64,000 nt of DNA from an uncultured Gammaproteobacteria bacterium (GCA_964348825.1 CAYGDX010000001.1:175463-239462), one strand, 5' to 3'; counted from the stretch's first letter, positions 29,738-39,265 are shown. The notes: generated from the letters alone by a model not told the origin. Program-made: numbers and translations.

Positions 29738-30295
29738 ATGAAAGGTGGAATGAAAATTATTAGTATAATTGGTGAACCGCTCTCGGGAAAAAAGACCGTT
29801 ACTGATTTTTTGGTAAAGAAATATGGATATAAACAGTTTACTTATTCTGATTTATTGACTAGTATTTTAAAGATTTTGAATTTACCGTTAATTCGTCCCA
29901 ATTATGCCAATTTAGCAATAGCACTAAGGGAAAGATTTGGCGGTAGTATTTTATCTCAAGTATTGTTAGATAAGGCTAAGAGTAAAAAATTGAAAAAGAT
30001 TATTTTAGATGGGGCTAGGCATCGAGCAGAGGTTGATTATCTAAGAAAGATGCCGGGTTTTATTTTAATTTATGTTACCGCCTCAACGAAGGTTAGGTAT
30101 TTGAGATCAATTAAGCGCAGGGAGAAATCGAATGAGGGTAAGATGACTTTTAAAGAATTTAAAAAGGAAGGCCGTTTGGCTACTGAACTAGAATTTAAAC
30201 ATATGAGTAAGGGAGCAATTAAAATTGTTAACAACGGCACATTGCGCGATTTAGAAAAACTGCTCAATCAAAAAATGTTAAATAATTTAAGATGA
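29738..30295 (+). CDS. P-loop nucleoside/(deoxy)nucleoside monophosphate kinase-like protein
   Basis: 185 aa. Walker A at the N-terminus (IISIIGEPLSGKKTVTDFLVKKYGYKQFTYSDL) and a later DGARH segment, reminiscent of dNMP-kinase/adenylate-kinase-like folds. Placed between dcd and dut. Ends in TGA. Confidence 0.5.
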   Translation: MKGGMKIISIIGEPLSGKKTVTDFLVKKYGYKQFTYSDLLTSILKILNLPLIRPNYANLAIALRERFGGSILSQVLLDKAKSKKLKKIILDGARHRAEVDYLRKMPGFILIYVTASTKVRYLRSIKRREKSNEGKMTFKEFKKEGRLATELEFKHMSKGAIKIVNNGTLRDLEKLLNQKMLNNLR

Positions 30296-30347
30296 TTAAT
30301 AAAACATAAGTAAAAAATTAGATCTAAAAAATCAAATTACTAAAATT

Positions 30348-30785
30348 ATGCTAGAAGCAATTGTTCTTGAAGTCAAAAAACTTGACCCCCGCGCCAAATT
30401 ACCCGCCTACGTTTACGAGGGTGATGCAGGGTTGGATTTTTTTTGCTTAGATGATTGTACTGTGCCGGCGGGCAAGCGTTTGGCCGGAATTCGCACTGGC
30501 ATGGCCATTGCCATTCCGGAAGGGTATGTAGGCCTATTTTGGGATAAATCAGGCCTAGCGGCTAATTTTGGGCTTAAGGTAATGGCTGGCGTGATAGATG
30601 CAGGTTACAGAGGTGAAATTAAGCTAACGTTATTTAATACTAGTACCGAGGATTACAATTTCAAAGCCGGTGATAAAGTAATGCAAATGTTGGTGCAAGC
30701 TGTGGAAAGAGTGGAAGTAGAAGAAGTAAAAGTGTTATCTCCCTCAATCCGTGGCGAGGGTGGTTTTGGGAGTACTGGAAAATAA
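30348..30785 (+). CDS. dut: dUTP diphosphatase
   Basis: 145 aa with the five Dut motifs (AGLDFF…, GLFWDKSGLA, VIDAGYRGEI, C-terminal GGFGSTG). Confidence 0.9.
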   Translation: MLEAIVLEVKKLDPRAKLPAYVYEGDAGLDFFCLDDCTVPAGKRLAGIRTGMAIAIPEGYVGLFWDKSGLAANFGLKVMAGVIDAGYRGEIKLTLFNTSTEDYNFKAGDKVMQMLVQAVERVEVEEVKVLSPSIRGEGGFGSTGK

Positions 30786-30838
30786 AAATCCCCTCTGACG
30801 TTAAAAGGGGATTTGTTGTTTTTAATGATTCAACAATT

Positions 30839-31735
30839 TTATGATGGAGATACAAGATCTTTATAACAAAGAAACCGTTGGATAATTTTAGCCAAATTTA
30901 ACCCGACTTTTTCCGCTTCTTCAGTGACTTCGTTTTCGGTTGCCGGATTTAATTTTCCACTATTTGATAAGATATTAGTGATTATAGAAAATCCAACTAC
31001 TGGTATTTTGAAACTGGCAGCAACCTTGGCTTCTGGTATGACTGACATTCCAACTGCGTCGCAACCACTTTGTTTCAAGAATTCTATTTCGGTTTGATTT
31101 TCATAGCATGGTCCGGTTACAGCGACTAAGATACCTTGTTGAAGTATAAATCCTAGTTCTTTAGCAGATATGTAAGCAATACCGCTTAGGTGATAGTTAT
31201 ACAGATTTGAAGTATCAGGGAACCTTACAGTGTTGGGAAAAAGAGGGCCAATTAATGGGTCGGGTATGAAAAATGAATTATGGTTACGGACCAACATTAT
31301 ATCGCCGACTTTGTAGTTAGGGTTGATACCACCAGTGGCATTAGTGGTTACGACAAGTTTGACGCCCAACCAAAGTAGTGTTCGGAGTAAAAAGGTAACT
31401 TCAAACATTGAGTAACCTTCGTAACAATGAAACCGTCCGACCATGGCCACCACATTTTTTTCACCCAATTGACCGAAAACTAATTTTCCATTTTCGTGTT
31501 GTGGTGCGGTTGGTGTAGGGCAGTGTGGGATATCTTTATAAAAGATTTCCAGTGGATTTTTAATTTCATTAGCTAATACACTTAATCCTGTGCCACAGAT
31601 GATGACTATATTAGGCAGAGGAAGTGCCACTCTTAATTCACAGTGGGTTTCAAGTTCAGGATCAAGCTGTTTTTTTATAAATAAACCCGCTTCTCCAACC
31701 TTTGTTAATTGTTCTTTAGAAGATAAATATTGCAT
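30839..31735 (-). CDS. Purine nucleoside phosphorylase / MTA phosphorylase family (trimeric PNP-I type)
   Basis: 298 aa. Trimeric-PNP signature GRFHCYEGY, plus VTTNATGGIN and AVGMSVIPEA. Confidence 0.8.
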   Translation of the reverse strand: MQYLSSKEQLTKVGEAGLFIKKQLDPELETHCELRVALPLPNIVIICGTGLSVLANEIKNPLEIFYKDIPHCPTPTAPQHENGKLVFGQLGEKNVVAMVGRFHCYEGYSMFEVTFLLRTLLWLGVKLVVTTNATGGINPNYKVGDIMLVRNHNSFFIPDPLIGPLFPNTVRFPDTSNLYNYHLSGIAYISAKELGFILQQGILVAVTGPCYENQTEIEFLKQSGCDAVGMSVIPEAKVAASFKIPVVGFSIITNILSNSGKLNPATENEVTEEAEKVGLNLAKIIQRFLCYKDLVSPS

Positions 31736-31832
31736 TGTTAAGTTCCTATATTGTGATTTGTGGTTTTATTGATTTTTTAGTATCTTATAACTAGCTGGTT
31801 TAATTGTCAATCTTTCAATTTACGAAGCTAAT

Positions 31833-32705
31833 ATGAAAACCTATTTAGATATTGTAAAAAACGTTTTGGAAAATGGAGAAAAAGTTGCCACACGGCAAGG
31901 TACTCCCGCCTATACCATTGCTGGTGCTATGTTTGAACACGACATGTCAAAAGGTTTTCCACTACTCACCACAAAAAAAGTGCCGTTTCGTTTGATTGCC
32001 ACAGAATTAGAATTTTTTATAAATGGTATTACTGATAAAAAATGGCTTATCGATCGTAATAATCATATCTGGGATGAATGGGCTAGTCCTACCAAAGCGC
32101 CTTATGGACATGATGAAATTTCAAAACAGAGAATGCTTGCCGAGCGCGACTTAGGGCCGATTTATGGTTTTCAGTGGCGACATTTTAATGCGCCTTACGA
32201 AAATTATGATTCAGATTATACAGGTAAGGGAATAGATCAATTAAAAAAAATAGTTGAAACATTAAAAACAAATCCACGCGATAGGCGAATGATTGTAAAT
32301 GCTTGGAACCCTCTACAGCTAGCAGAAATGGGTTTGCCACCATGCCATTACTCTTTTCAAATTACAACCATAGGCAATAAACTTAATTTAATGTGGAACC
32401 AGCGTTCAGTGGATACTATGCTCGGACTACCTTTTAATATAGCAAGCTATGCTTTGCTCCTGCATCTTCTAGCCAAAGAAACTGGTTTTGAAGAAGGTAA
32501 GTTGGTTGGCTTTTTGGCTGATGTGCATATTTTTGAAAATCATACAGATGGTGCCAAAGAACAGCTATCTCGGGATCCTGTCAAATACCCATTACCAAAA
32601 ATAGAAACTACTAATTGGGAATCAATTTATAATTGGAAGGCCGAGAATACAAAACTTTTAGATTACCAAAGTTATGATAAAATTCCATTTCAAATAGCTA
32701 TTTAG
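31833..32705 (+). CDS. thyA: Thymidylate synthase (ThyA-type)
   Basis: 290 aa. R…TGT motif, DLGPIYGFQWRHF, catalytic PPCHYSFQ and LGLPFNIASYALL (Asn at the dUMP-specificity position). Carries an insertion relative to E. coli ThyA. Confidence 0.9.
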   Translation: MKTYLDIVKNVLENGEKVATRQGTPAYTIAGAMFEHDMSKGFPLLTTKKVPFRLIATELEFFINGITDKKWLIDRNNHIWDEWASPTKAPYGHDEISKQRMLAERDLGPIYGFQWRHFNAPYENYDSDYTGKGIDQLKKIVETLKTNPRDRRMIVNAWNPLQLAEMGLPPCHYSFQITTIGNKLNLMWNQRSVDTMLGLPFNIASYALLLHLLAKETGFEEGKLVGFLADVHIFENHTDGAKEQLSRDPVKYPLPKIETTNWESIYNWKAENTKLLDYQSYDKIPFQIAI

Positions 32706-32713
32706 CCATTACT

Positions 32714-33235
32714 ATGACTTTTTCAATTATTGCCGCGGTGGATAAGAATATGGGGATTGGGCTTAAAAATGCTCTGCCGTGGCGCCTAAAGGGCGATATG
32801 GATCATTTTAAGCAGATTACGGTAAATACTGCCTCGGGTAAGCAAAACGCGGTTATAATGGGGAGCAATACTTGGGCTTCATTACCGGAAAAATTTAGAC
32901 CACTGCCCGAACGTTTAAATTTAGTATTAAGCTTCCAACCACTTGATTTACCAGCGGGAGTTTTGTTTGGTAGTTCGCTTGATAATGCGCTTGAACAATT
33001 AAGTAGTCGCTCTGATATTAATGAAATTTTTGTGATTGGTGGTGCTCGAGTTTATGCCGAAGCAATTAATCATCCAGCTTGCGTAAAAATTTATTTAACT
33101 GAGATTGATAAGGTCTTTGAATGTGATACTTTTTTTTCAAAATTGCCTGATAAATTTAAATTAGTGGAATCATCTGCGTTAGTAAAAGAGGGTGATATAT
33201 CATACTTATTTAATCGTTACGATTTGATTAATTAA
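32714..33235 (+). CDS. folA: Dihydrofolate reductase
   Basis: 173 aa (IIAAVDKNMGIGLKNALPWRLKGDMDHFKQIT…VIMGSNTWASLP…VIGGARVY). Confidence 0.88.
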   Translation: MTFSIIAAVDKNMGIGLKNALPWRLKGDMDHFKQITVNTASGKQNAVIMGSNTWASLPEKFRPLPERLNLVLSFQPLDLPAGVLFGSSLDNALEQLSSRSDINEIFVIGGARVYAEAINHPACVKIYLTEIDKVFECDTFFSKLPDKFKLVESSALVKEGDISYLFNRYDLIN

Positions 33236-33384
33236 AAATATTTAATGTTAAGTCCACCGTTGGGCTTTTTTTGTTATGTTGACAGAAAAAATTAGAATTG
33301 CTAACATCCGTTTATAATTAAAATTGTACAAAAAAATAAACATAAATTCAAGATATTTAACAATCAAAATAAAGGATAAAAACA

Positions 33385-33915
33385 ATGGATGTTTTAACTA
33401 ATGTTCACGCTGTATCAGTCACGAGTGTTGGCTCAGCAAGCAAAACACAACACGCGCTTGATTTGTTATTTGAATATCAAAAAAGAGAAGAGAAAATTGA
33501 AATTATGGTTTTTGATATTTCTCCCCAAAAAGAAATCCCTTCTGATTTATTAGATTATGAACAAAAGCCATTTTTTAAATCAGTGCCAAGTTTAGCCGAT
33601 GTATTAGTACACGTTGAGGAAATTCAACCCTCAGGTATTGTGATTAATAATATTCACTTTGCTTGTAAAAAAGAAAATTCGTATCAAAAGGTTATGCGTC
33701 AGCTTTATGCAATTGCCGAAAAATTAGATGCGTTTGGTTTTTTGCGGGCGAATTTTTCATTGATGATTATTACCGGTCGCGAAGAAACAGAAGACGCTCA
33801 CAACAACGAAGCCACTCAAGCCGTGATTGGTTTTTGTGGGAAAAGAATAACCTTGGGCTCTGATTTTCCGAGAACATTTTTAGTGCCGGAGGAATTTAAA
33901 ATACCAAAAAAATAA
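33385..33915 (+). CDS. Hypothetical protein
   Basis: 176 aa, no recognisable family. Followed by a hairpin plus T-run terminator (33942..33976). Confidence 0.4.
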   Translation: MDVLTNVHAVSVTSVGSASKTQHALDLLFEYQKREEKIEIMVFDISPQKEIPSDLLDYEQKPFFKSVPSLADVLVHVEEIQPSGIVINNIHFACKKENSYQKVMRQLYAIAEKLDAFGFLRANFSLMIITGREETEDAHNNEATQAVIGFCGKRITLGSDFPRTFLVPEEFKIPKK

Positions 33916-33941
33916 ATGATCAAATAATTTTTTAATATACC

Positions 33942-33976
33942 GAAGTCCGCAAAAATCAAGTGGACTTCTTTTTTTA
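33942..33976 (+). terminator. Intrinsic terminator
   Basis: gaagtcc-gcaaaaatcaagt-ggacttc followed by T7. Confidence 0.6.
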
Positions 33977-34000
33977 TTATTTTTTTGCTATTATCAAGCT

Positions 34001-34687
34001 ATGCTAAAATCAAGTAAATTTATCTTAATTGAAGGTACCGACGGTTCGGGTAAGGGTACACAGGTGGGATTATTGCGTAGGGCCTTGAAGCGCCAAGGTT
34101 ATAAAGTGGAAGTGATTGATTTTCCACAATACAATAAACCATCAGCTTATTTTGTGGCTAAGTATTTAAATGGTGGTTACGGTACGTCGGTTGAGGTGGG
34201 TGCTTACCGTGCGTCATTATTTTATGCTTTAGATAGATACGACGTTGTGCCACAAATAAAAAAATATTTAACTGAAGGTAAAATTGTAATTGCTAATCGT
34301 TTAACTTTGTCTAGCGCAGCGCATCAAGGTGGTAAAATAAAATCAAGTCGTGAACGTAAAAATTTTTGGCGATGGTTATTTGATTTAGAGTATAATTTAC
34401 TAGGCATTCCACGCCCTAACTTAACAATTGTTTTGCATATGCCGGCGAAAGTAGCTCAAAAATTAGTAGATAAAAAAGCTGCGCGGCGGTATTTAAAAAA
34501 AGGTAAACGTGATATTCACGAAGCGGATATCAAGCATCTTAAAGCGGCTGAGAAAACTTATTTAGAGTTAGCTAAATTACAAAAGGCGCAGCTAGTGGAG
34601 TGTGTGGAAAAGGGGCAACTATTGACACCAAATGAAATTCATAATAAAATAATAAAAATAATTCACAAAAATAAAATCATAAAATAA
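34001..34687 (+). CDS. tmk: Thymidylate kinase
   Basis: 228 aa. P-loop FILIEGTDGSGKGTQ, a DRY motif (LDRYDVV) and a lid region. Confidence 0.88.
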   Translation: MLKSSKFILIEGTDGSGKGTQVGLLRRALKRQGYKVEVIDFPQYNKPSAYFVAKYLNGGYGTSVEVGAYRASLFYALDRYDVVPQIKKYLTEGKIVIANRLTLSSAAHQGGKIKSSRERKNFWRWLFDLEYNLLGIPRPNLTIVLHMPAKVAQKLVDKKAARRYLKKGKRDIHEADIKHLKAAEKTYLELAKLQKAQLVECVEKGQLLTPNEIHNKIIKIIHKNKIIK

Positions 34688-34698
34688 AGGGTCACAAC

Positions 34699-35052
34699 AT
34701 GCAAGAATCTATTAACTCACTATTTTCTTTGTTAAAAGAAGGCAATATTGATGGTTTTAAAGATCATCTAAGAAATATGTTTAGTTGTGAAGAGTTGGAC
34801 GACAATGAAAGACATTTTACAGTTTTTCGCGAGGAATGTAAAAAATTGTTTTCCAAAAAAAACCACACTACTTGTCAGGAGATTAAAAACGTACTTCAAA
34901 AGATTAATACTAAATTTTCTGAATTTACCAGCAACAGATTTGCCAAGTGTTTTATTCGTACTTTGGTAGAGCATGTTAACTCTGGTTGTAGGAATGGGTG
35001 CTACACTGCAGTACATTCCGCAGCATTCAATGCTGGGATATTTAGTAATTAA
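34699..35052 (+). CDS. Hypothetical protein
   Basis: 117 aa, Cys-containing, no recognisable family. A terminator-like hairpin follows (about 35080..35115). Confidence 0.3.
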   Translation: MQESINSLFSLLKEGNIDGFKDHLRNMFSCEELDDNERHFTVFREECKKLFSKKNHTTCQEIKNVLQKINTKFSEFTSNRFAKCFIRTLVEHVNSGCRNGCYTAVHSAAFNAGIFSN

Positions 35053-35152
35053 TGAATCAAATTCAGGATGGTGTTTAACCGGTCGTTTCATACAAACGTC
35101 CGGTTTTTTATCCAACTGTATTTTTAGCTTAATTTTGCTATAATATTAAGGT

Positions 35153-36604
35153 ATGAAGCTTACACCAGTAATCGGGCTGGAAATACATGTTCAGCTCAAA
35201 ACCAAATCCAAAATGTTTTGCACCTGTGATAATGCGGGTGAGAACCAACCAGCAAATACTACTATTTGTCCGGTGTGTTTGGCGCACCCCGGTACTTTGC
35301 CAGTGCCCAACCGTGCGGCCATTGAACTAGGGGTTAAAGCGGCTTTGGCTTTGAATTTACAAATTAATTTACATTCTAAATTTGATCGCAAAAATTATTT
35401 TTATCCTGATTTACCAAAAGGGTATCAAATATCACAATACGATGAGCCCTTGGCGCAGAATGGTTATTTGGATATTCAAGTGGGTGATGAAGCTAGGCGA
35501 GTTGGTTTGGAGCGGTTGCATTTAGAAGAAGATACTGCCAAATTACTTCACGTGGCAGGGAAGTCGCTGGTAGATTTTAATCGAGCTGGCACACCACTGG
35601 CTGAAATTGTTACTAAGCCGGAAATTAAAAGTCCAACTGAGGCCAAAGTATTTTTACAAGAATTACGTTTAATAATGCGCACTTTGGGGGTAAGCGACGC
35701 TGATATGGAAAAAGGTCATTTGCGCTGTGATGCTAATATCTCATTGCGACCTGAAGGTGATAATAAATTTTATCCTAAAACTGAAATTAAAAATTTAAAT
35801 TCTTTCCGGAGTGTGGAAAAAGCTTTGCATTATGAAATTGAGCGACAAACAAAATTATGGGCCGAGGGCGGTGCGCCACAAATTACTTCCACGCGTGGTT
35901 TTGATGATAAAAAAGGTATAACAGTTTTACAACGTACCAAAGAAGCAATTCATGATTATCGTTATTTTCCCGAGCCCGATATTCCACCGCTTGAAATAAC
36001 ATCCGAGCAAATTGAAGAGTGGCGCGCTTCCTTACCAGAATTACCAAGCGTAAAACGTTTACGTTTGGTTAATGATTTTGGATTATCTCCCAAAGAAGCT
36101 GAATTATTACTTGATGATGAGAGTTTGGGATGTTTAGTAGGAAAAGTGTCAGCCGAACTTGCGCCTGAATTGGAAGGTGATGTAAAAGCGGCTTCAAAAT
36201 TAACTTTTAATTGGTTGGCTAATAAATTGACCGCGATTTTGCGAGAGAAAAATTTGAGTTTAGAACAAGTTGATTTTGATACTAAAAAATTAGTAAGTTT
36301 TTTACTTTTGATTGCACGGCGCCAAGTGAATTCTACTAACGGGCAAGTGCTCTTACGTAAAATGATTGAAACGGGTAAAGAACCGTTGCAAATTATAGCG
36401 GATGACGATTTGGGGCAGAATGAAACAGGGGATTTGGAAACAGTAGTTTCTGACGTGATTGTCCAATTCCCAGATCAAGTGGCGCAATTTAAAGCCGGTA
36501 AAGAACCAGTGATAAAATTTTTACTCGGTGCGGTAATAAAGGCCACGCGTGGTAAAGCCGATCCAATTTCAGCGGAAGAAGTTTTGCGTAAAATGTTGAA
36601 GTAA
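35153..36604 (+). CDS. gatB: Aspartyl/glutamyl-tRNA(Asn/Gln) amidotransferase subunit B
   Basis: 483 aa (MKLTPVIGLEIHVQLKTKSKMFCTCDN…CDANISLRP…) with a C-terminal YqeY-like tail. Confidence 0.95.
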   Translation: MKLTPVIGLEIHVQLKTKSKMFCTCDNAGENQPANTTICPVCLAHPGTLPVPNRAAIELGVKAALALNLQINLHSKFDRKNYFYPDLPKGYQISQYDEPLAQNGYLDIQVGDEARRVGLERLHLEEDTAKLLHVAGKSLVDFNRAGTPLAEIVTKPEIKSPTEAKVFLQELRLIMRTLGVSDADMEKGHLRCDANISLRPEGDNKFYPKTEIKNLNSFRSVEKALHYEIERQTKLWAEGGAPQITSTRGFDDKKGITVLQRTKEAIHDYRYFPEPDIPPLEITSEQIEEWRASLPELPSVKRLRLVNDFGLSPKEAELLLDDESLGCLVGKVSAELAPELEGDVKAASKLTFNWLANKLTAILREKNLSLEQVDFDTKKLVSFLLLIARRQVNSTNGQVLLRKMIETGKEPLQIIADDDLGQNETGDLETVVSDVIVQFPDQVAQFKAGKEPVIKFLLGAVIKATRGKADPISAEEVLRKMLK

Positions 36605-36768
36605 TTTAAAGTATTAGTATCATTTATATTTTTATTTTTGTACTAATGTGCCGCGCCCAGTACTCTCTGTAGTGCTGGGTTAACACGTTGATACAAAGAA
36701 AATTGACAATTTTACTAGTGGTGGTAGAATGGGTGAAATTGTTATTTAGAAAAAATGTATATTAAAAA

Positions 36769-37437
36769 ATGAAAAGGTGGTGTAATGAAATGAAATGTTA
36801 TATATATGAAAATAAAGAATTAAGAAATTATATTTGTAAATGTGATGGCACTTCTAATATTTTATTGTATTTAGTTGTAAATGCCAAAATAGTGAGTGTT
36901 TGTCGAAACTGTGCGGTGGGCAATAATTACTATTGCGATAAACACGAATGTGTGACGCATGACTTAGACGATGGGAAAATTTGCCCACAGTGTGTATCTA
37001 ATTTAGCGGAACGTGAATACAATCAAGTAATAATTCGTCGCGTTTATCGGTTAATGAAAAGAATTCTTTCAGTTGATCAATTTGAATCTTTATCTAGTTG
37101 GGTGCAACTTGCTTGTGGAATTGAGCCACGTTCTACATCTTGGGCTATTTGGTGGATTTTTCAAGCTAAAGTACTACGTAGTGGACTTGAATTGCAGATA
37201 GTAATAGATAAATTTAAAATCAATCGTTCACTTTTATATCTTATTCCATTTAATGATAATATTTCCCCACAAGATTTATTGGAGTTAAAAGCTTTTATTT
37301 TTGGAAGAGCTTTGCATGATGAACCGATATCGCTAACTGAAGCAAAATGGCGTTTGACAATATCGCAGTTGAAACGAAATAAAATTACAATAGCTGAAAT
37401 TGCGCATGAATTTTCAAGCGCTAAAATAACAGATTAA
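36769..37437 (+). CDS. Cys-rich hypothetical protein (putative zinc-binding N-terminus)
   Basis: 222 aa. The N-terminal 80 aa contain about 12 Cys in CxC / CxxC arrangements (…YICKCDG…CRNCAVGNNYYCDKHECVTHDLDDGKICPQCV…). The block is conspicuously AT-rich, bounded by a terminator (37440..37477) and a MITE copy. Confidence 0.45.
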   Translation: MKRWCNEMKCYIYENKELRNYICKCDGTSNILLYLVVNAKIVSVCRNCAVGNNYYCDKHECVTHDLDDGKICPQCVSNLAEREYNQVIIRRVYRLMKRILSVDQFESLSSWVQLACGIEPRSTSWAIWWIFQAKVLRSGLELQIVIDKFKINRSLLYLIPFNDNISPQDLLELKAFIFGRALHDEPISLTEAKWRLTISQLKRNKITIAEIAHEFSSAKITD

Positions 37438-37537
37438 TACCCAGTTTTTTGCGAGGCAAAACTGGGTTTATTTTTATTTTGTCATTTCCATGTCATTCGA
37501 CATCAAGCTCATAACCTAGAGGAAAACGGGGAACCGT

Positions 37538-37698
37538 GCCGCCCTGTCGTAGGGTTTGTACAGAGCGCAAGGCAGACGAACGTCCGACTCGCCCGTGTTT
37601 GTGGTCGCTTGGCATAGGGCGAGTCAGTTCGTCTGACGAGCACTGTTCAAACCTGGAGACCGAGGCGGCGATTTTGTGTTACTTTATAAAAAGTAACA
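37538..37698 (+). mobile_element. MITE-like repeat family 1, copy 2 (between the Cys-rich ORF and miaA)
   Basis: Same element. It generates the spurious ORF 37536..37781, whose translation MPPCRRVCTERKA… recurs in the 58508 copy. Confidence 0.65.
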
Positions 37699-37806
37699 AA
37701 ATAAAAAATAATCTTAATTCCCACCATAGCGGGGCAAGTTGGATTCTCGTTTCTCTCCTTCGTTATAAAGTTACGGAGTGACAAGTTGTGAATACGGCAG
37801 TGCAGT

Positions 37807-38700
37807 TCACTTTAAGAAGTTATTAGCGTATTTTTGTGCTTTGCTGGCATTATCACACCAATTAACATTTGACATTTTTTTAAACCAAGTCATTTGTCTT
37901 TTGGCATAATGCCAACTAGCTATACTTAATTCATTAATCATTTCATCTTTAGTTAATTTGCCTTGCAGATATTTAGCAATAAAACGATATTCCAAACCAA
38001 AATTTTCAAGTCGTCTCCAAGACAATCCATTGCGATGTAAGCCGGCTACTTCTTTAATCATACCTTGGTGCAGGCGCTTTAAGATTCGTTTTTTAATAAG
38101 CTGTTTAAGTTTATTATCGTTGGGTTTTAAACCGATGATTAAAATGTTGGCCGCGAGTGGATTAGTTTTTACTTCCGGTACTTTACCCAGTTTGTGAATA
38201 ATTTCTAAAGCGCGAATTAATCGGCGTTTGTTTTCTTTTTGAATTGTAGTAGCACGTTTGGGATCAAGTTTTTTTAATTTATTAAATAATTGTTCGGCTG
38301 TGAGTTTTTCTAAAGCACGTCGCAATTTTAAATTTGGTTTGACCGACGGATAGCTTGTGCCACTAAGCACAGCTTGCACGTAAAAACCAGTACCACCACA
38401 AAGAATTGGCAATTTCTTTTTCTGCCAAATTTTACTAAGTGCGATGCTGGCTAATTTTTGATATTGGGTTACGGTAAATGTTTTTTTAGGCGAAGCAACG
38501 TCAAGCAAATAATGTGGCACGTTTTTCATTTCTCGTTTAGTAATTTTTCCACTGCCAATATCAAGGCCTTTATAAACTTGCCTTGAATCAGCGGAAATTA
38601 CTTCGCCTTGGTATTTTTGAGCAAGTTTAACCGCTAGCGCACTTTTCCCGCTTCCCGTGGGGCCAATGATAACTATTAATGGTGGATTGACAAAATTCAT
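37807..38700 (-). CDS. miaA: tRNA dimethylallyltransferase
   Basis: 297 aa. P-loop (IVIIGPTGSGKSALAVKLAQ), ISADSRQVYKGLDIGSGK. Confidence 0.92.
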   Translation of the reverse strand: MNFVNPPLIVIIGPTGSGKSALAVKLAQKYQGEVISADSRQVYKGLDIGSGKITKREMKNVPHYLLDVASPKKTFTVTQYQKLASIALSKIWQKKKLPILCGGTGFYVQAVLSGTSYPSVKPNLKLRRALEKLTAEQLFNKLKKLDPKRATTIQKENKRRLIRALEIIHKLGKVPEVKTNPLAANILIIGLKPNDNKLKQLIKKRILKRLHQGMIKEVAGLHRNGLSWRRLENFGLEYRFIAKYLQGKLTKDEMINELSIASWHYAKRQMTWFKKMSNVNWCDNASKAQKYANNFLK

Positions 38701-38773
38701 ATTTTTTGTTAGGATTCAGCCAGTTAAAAAATAAATGAATTAAAACAAAAACAAGAAAAGAGAAAAATAAAAA

Positions 38774-39265
38774 ATGAATCTTTTACAAATTATCAAGTTT
38801 TTACTAGAGTTTTTAACTGTGATTGAGCTTACACCTAGCGCTTGGTTTGAACAAGGTTTAAATTTGTTTGAGGTCTTGTTTATTTCTTGGGGTTTAACTT
38901 TCCTGCGGGTGATGATTGAAATTGGTTTGGTGCGTTTAGGTTTTGGCGTTGGTGAATTAATTTTAGGGTGGTTGATGAAATTAATAAAGTTAATGTCACC
39001 TAATTTAGCCGAAAGATTAAATAATTTTTATGAACGAGGCGATGGTAAACGAACGAGATTTATGAGTTGGCTTAAAAGTTTAGGTAATGTTGGGTTATTT
39101 ATGCTTGGTTTATTACCCTTGCCATATTCTGGCGCTTTGGGGGCAATTATCTACAATCTAGAGCAGATTCACAAACCTTGGTACAATATTGCGAATTTAA
39201 GTTTTGTATGTTTACTTGGTGGTTGGTTGGTTAAAATGACCGTGTTTGTTTGGTTGGCTTCATAA
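38774..39265 (+). CDS. Hypothetical integral membrane protein
   Basis: 163 aa, four hydrophobic helices. Confidence 0.45.
   Translation: MNLLQIIKFLLEFLTVIELTPSAWFEQGLNLFEVLFISWGLTFLRVMIEIGLVRLGFGVGELILGWLMKLIKLMSPNLAERLNNFYERGDGKRTRFMSWLKSLGNVGLFMLGLLPLPYSGALGAIIYNLEQIHKPWYNIANLSFVCLLGGWLVKMTVFVWLAS

Noticed and set aside
37536-37781. ORF encoding MPPCRRVCTERKADERPTRP…. Near-identical ORFs occur at 58507..58734, and further ORFs at 54929..55111, 60103..60372(-) and 58384..58614(-)
   Set aside because: All lie entirely within copies of the family-1 MITE. The apparent protein conservation is just nucleotide identity of the repeat. No start context, and the reading frame is not maintained between copies in opposite orientation.
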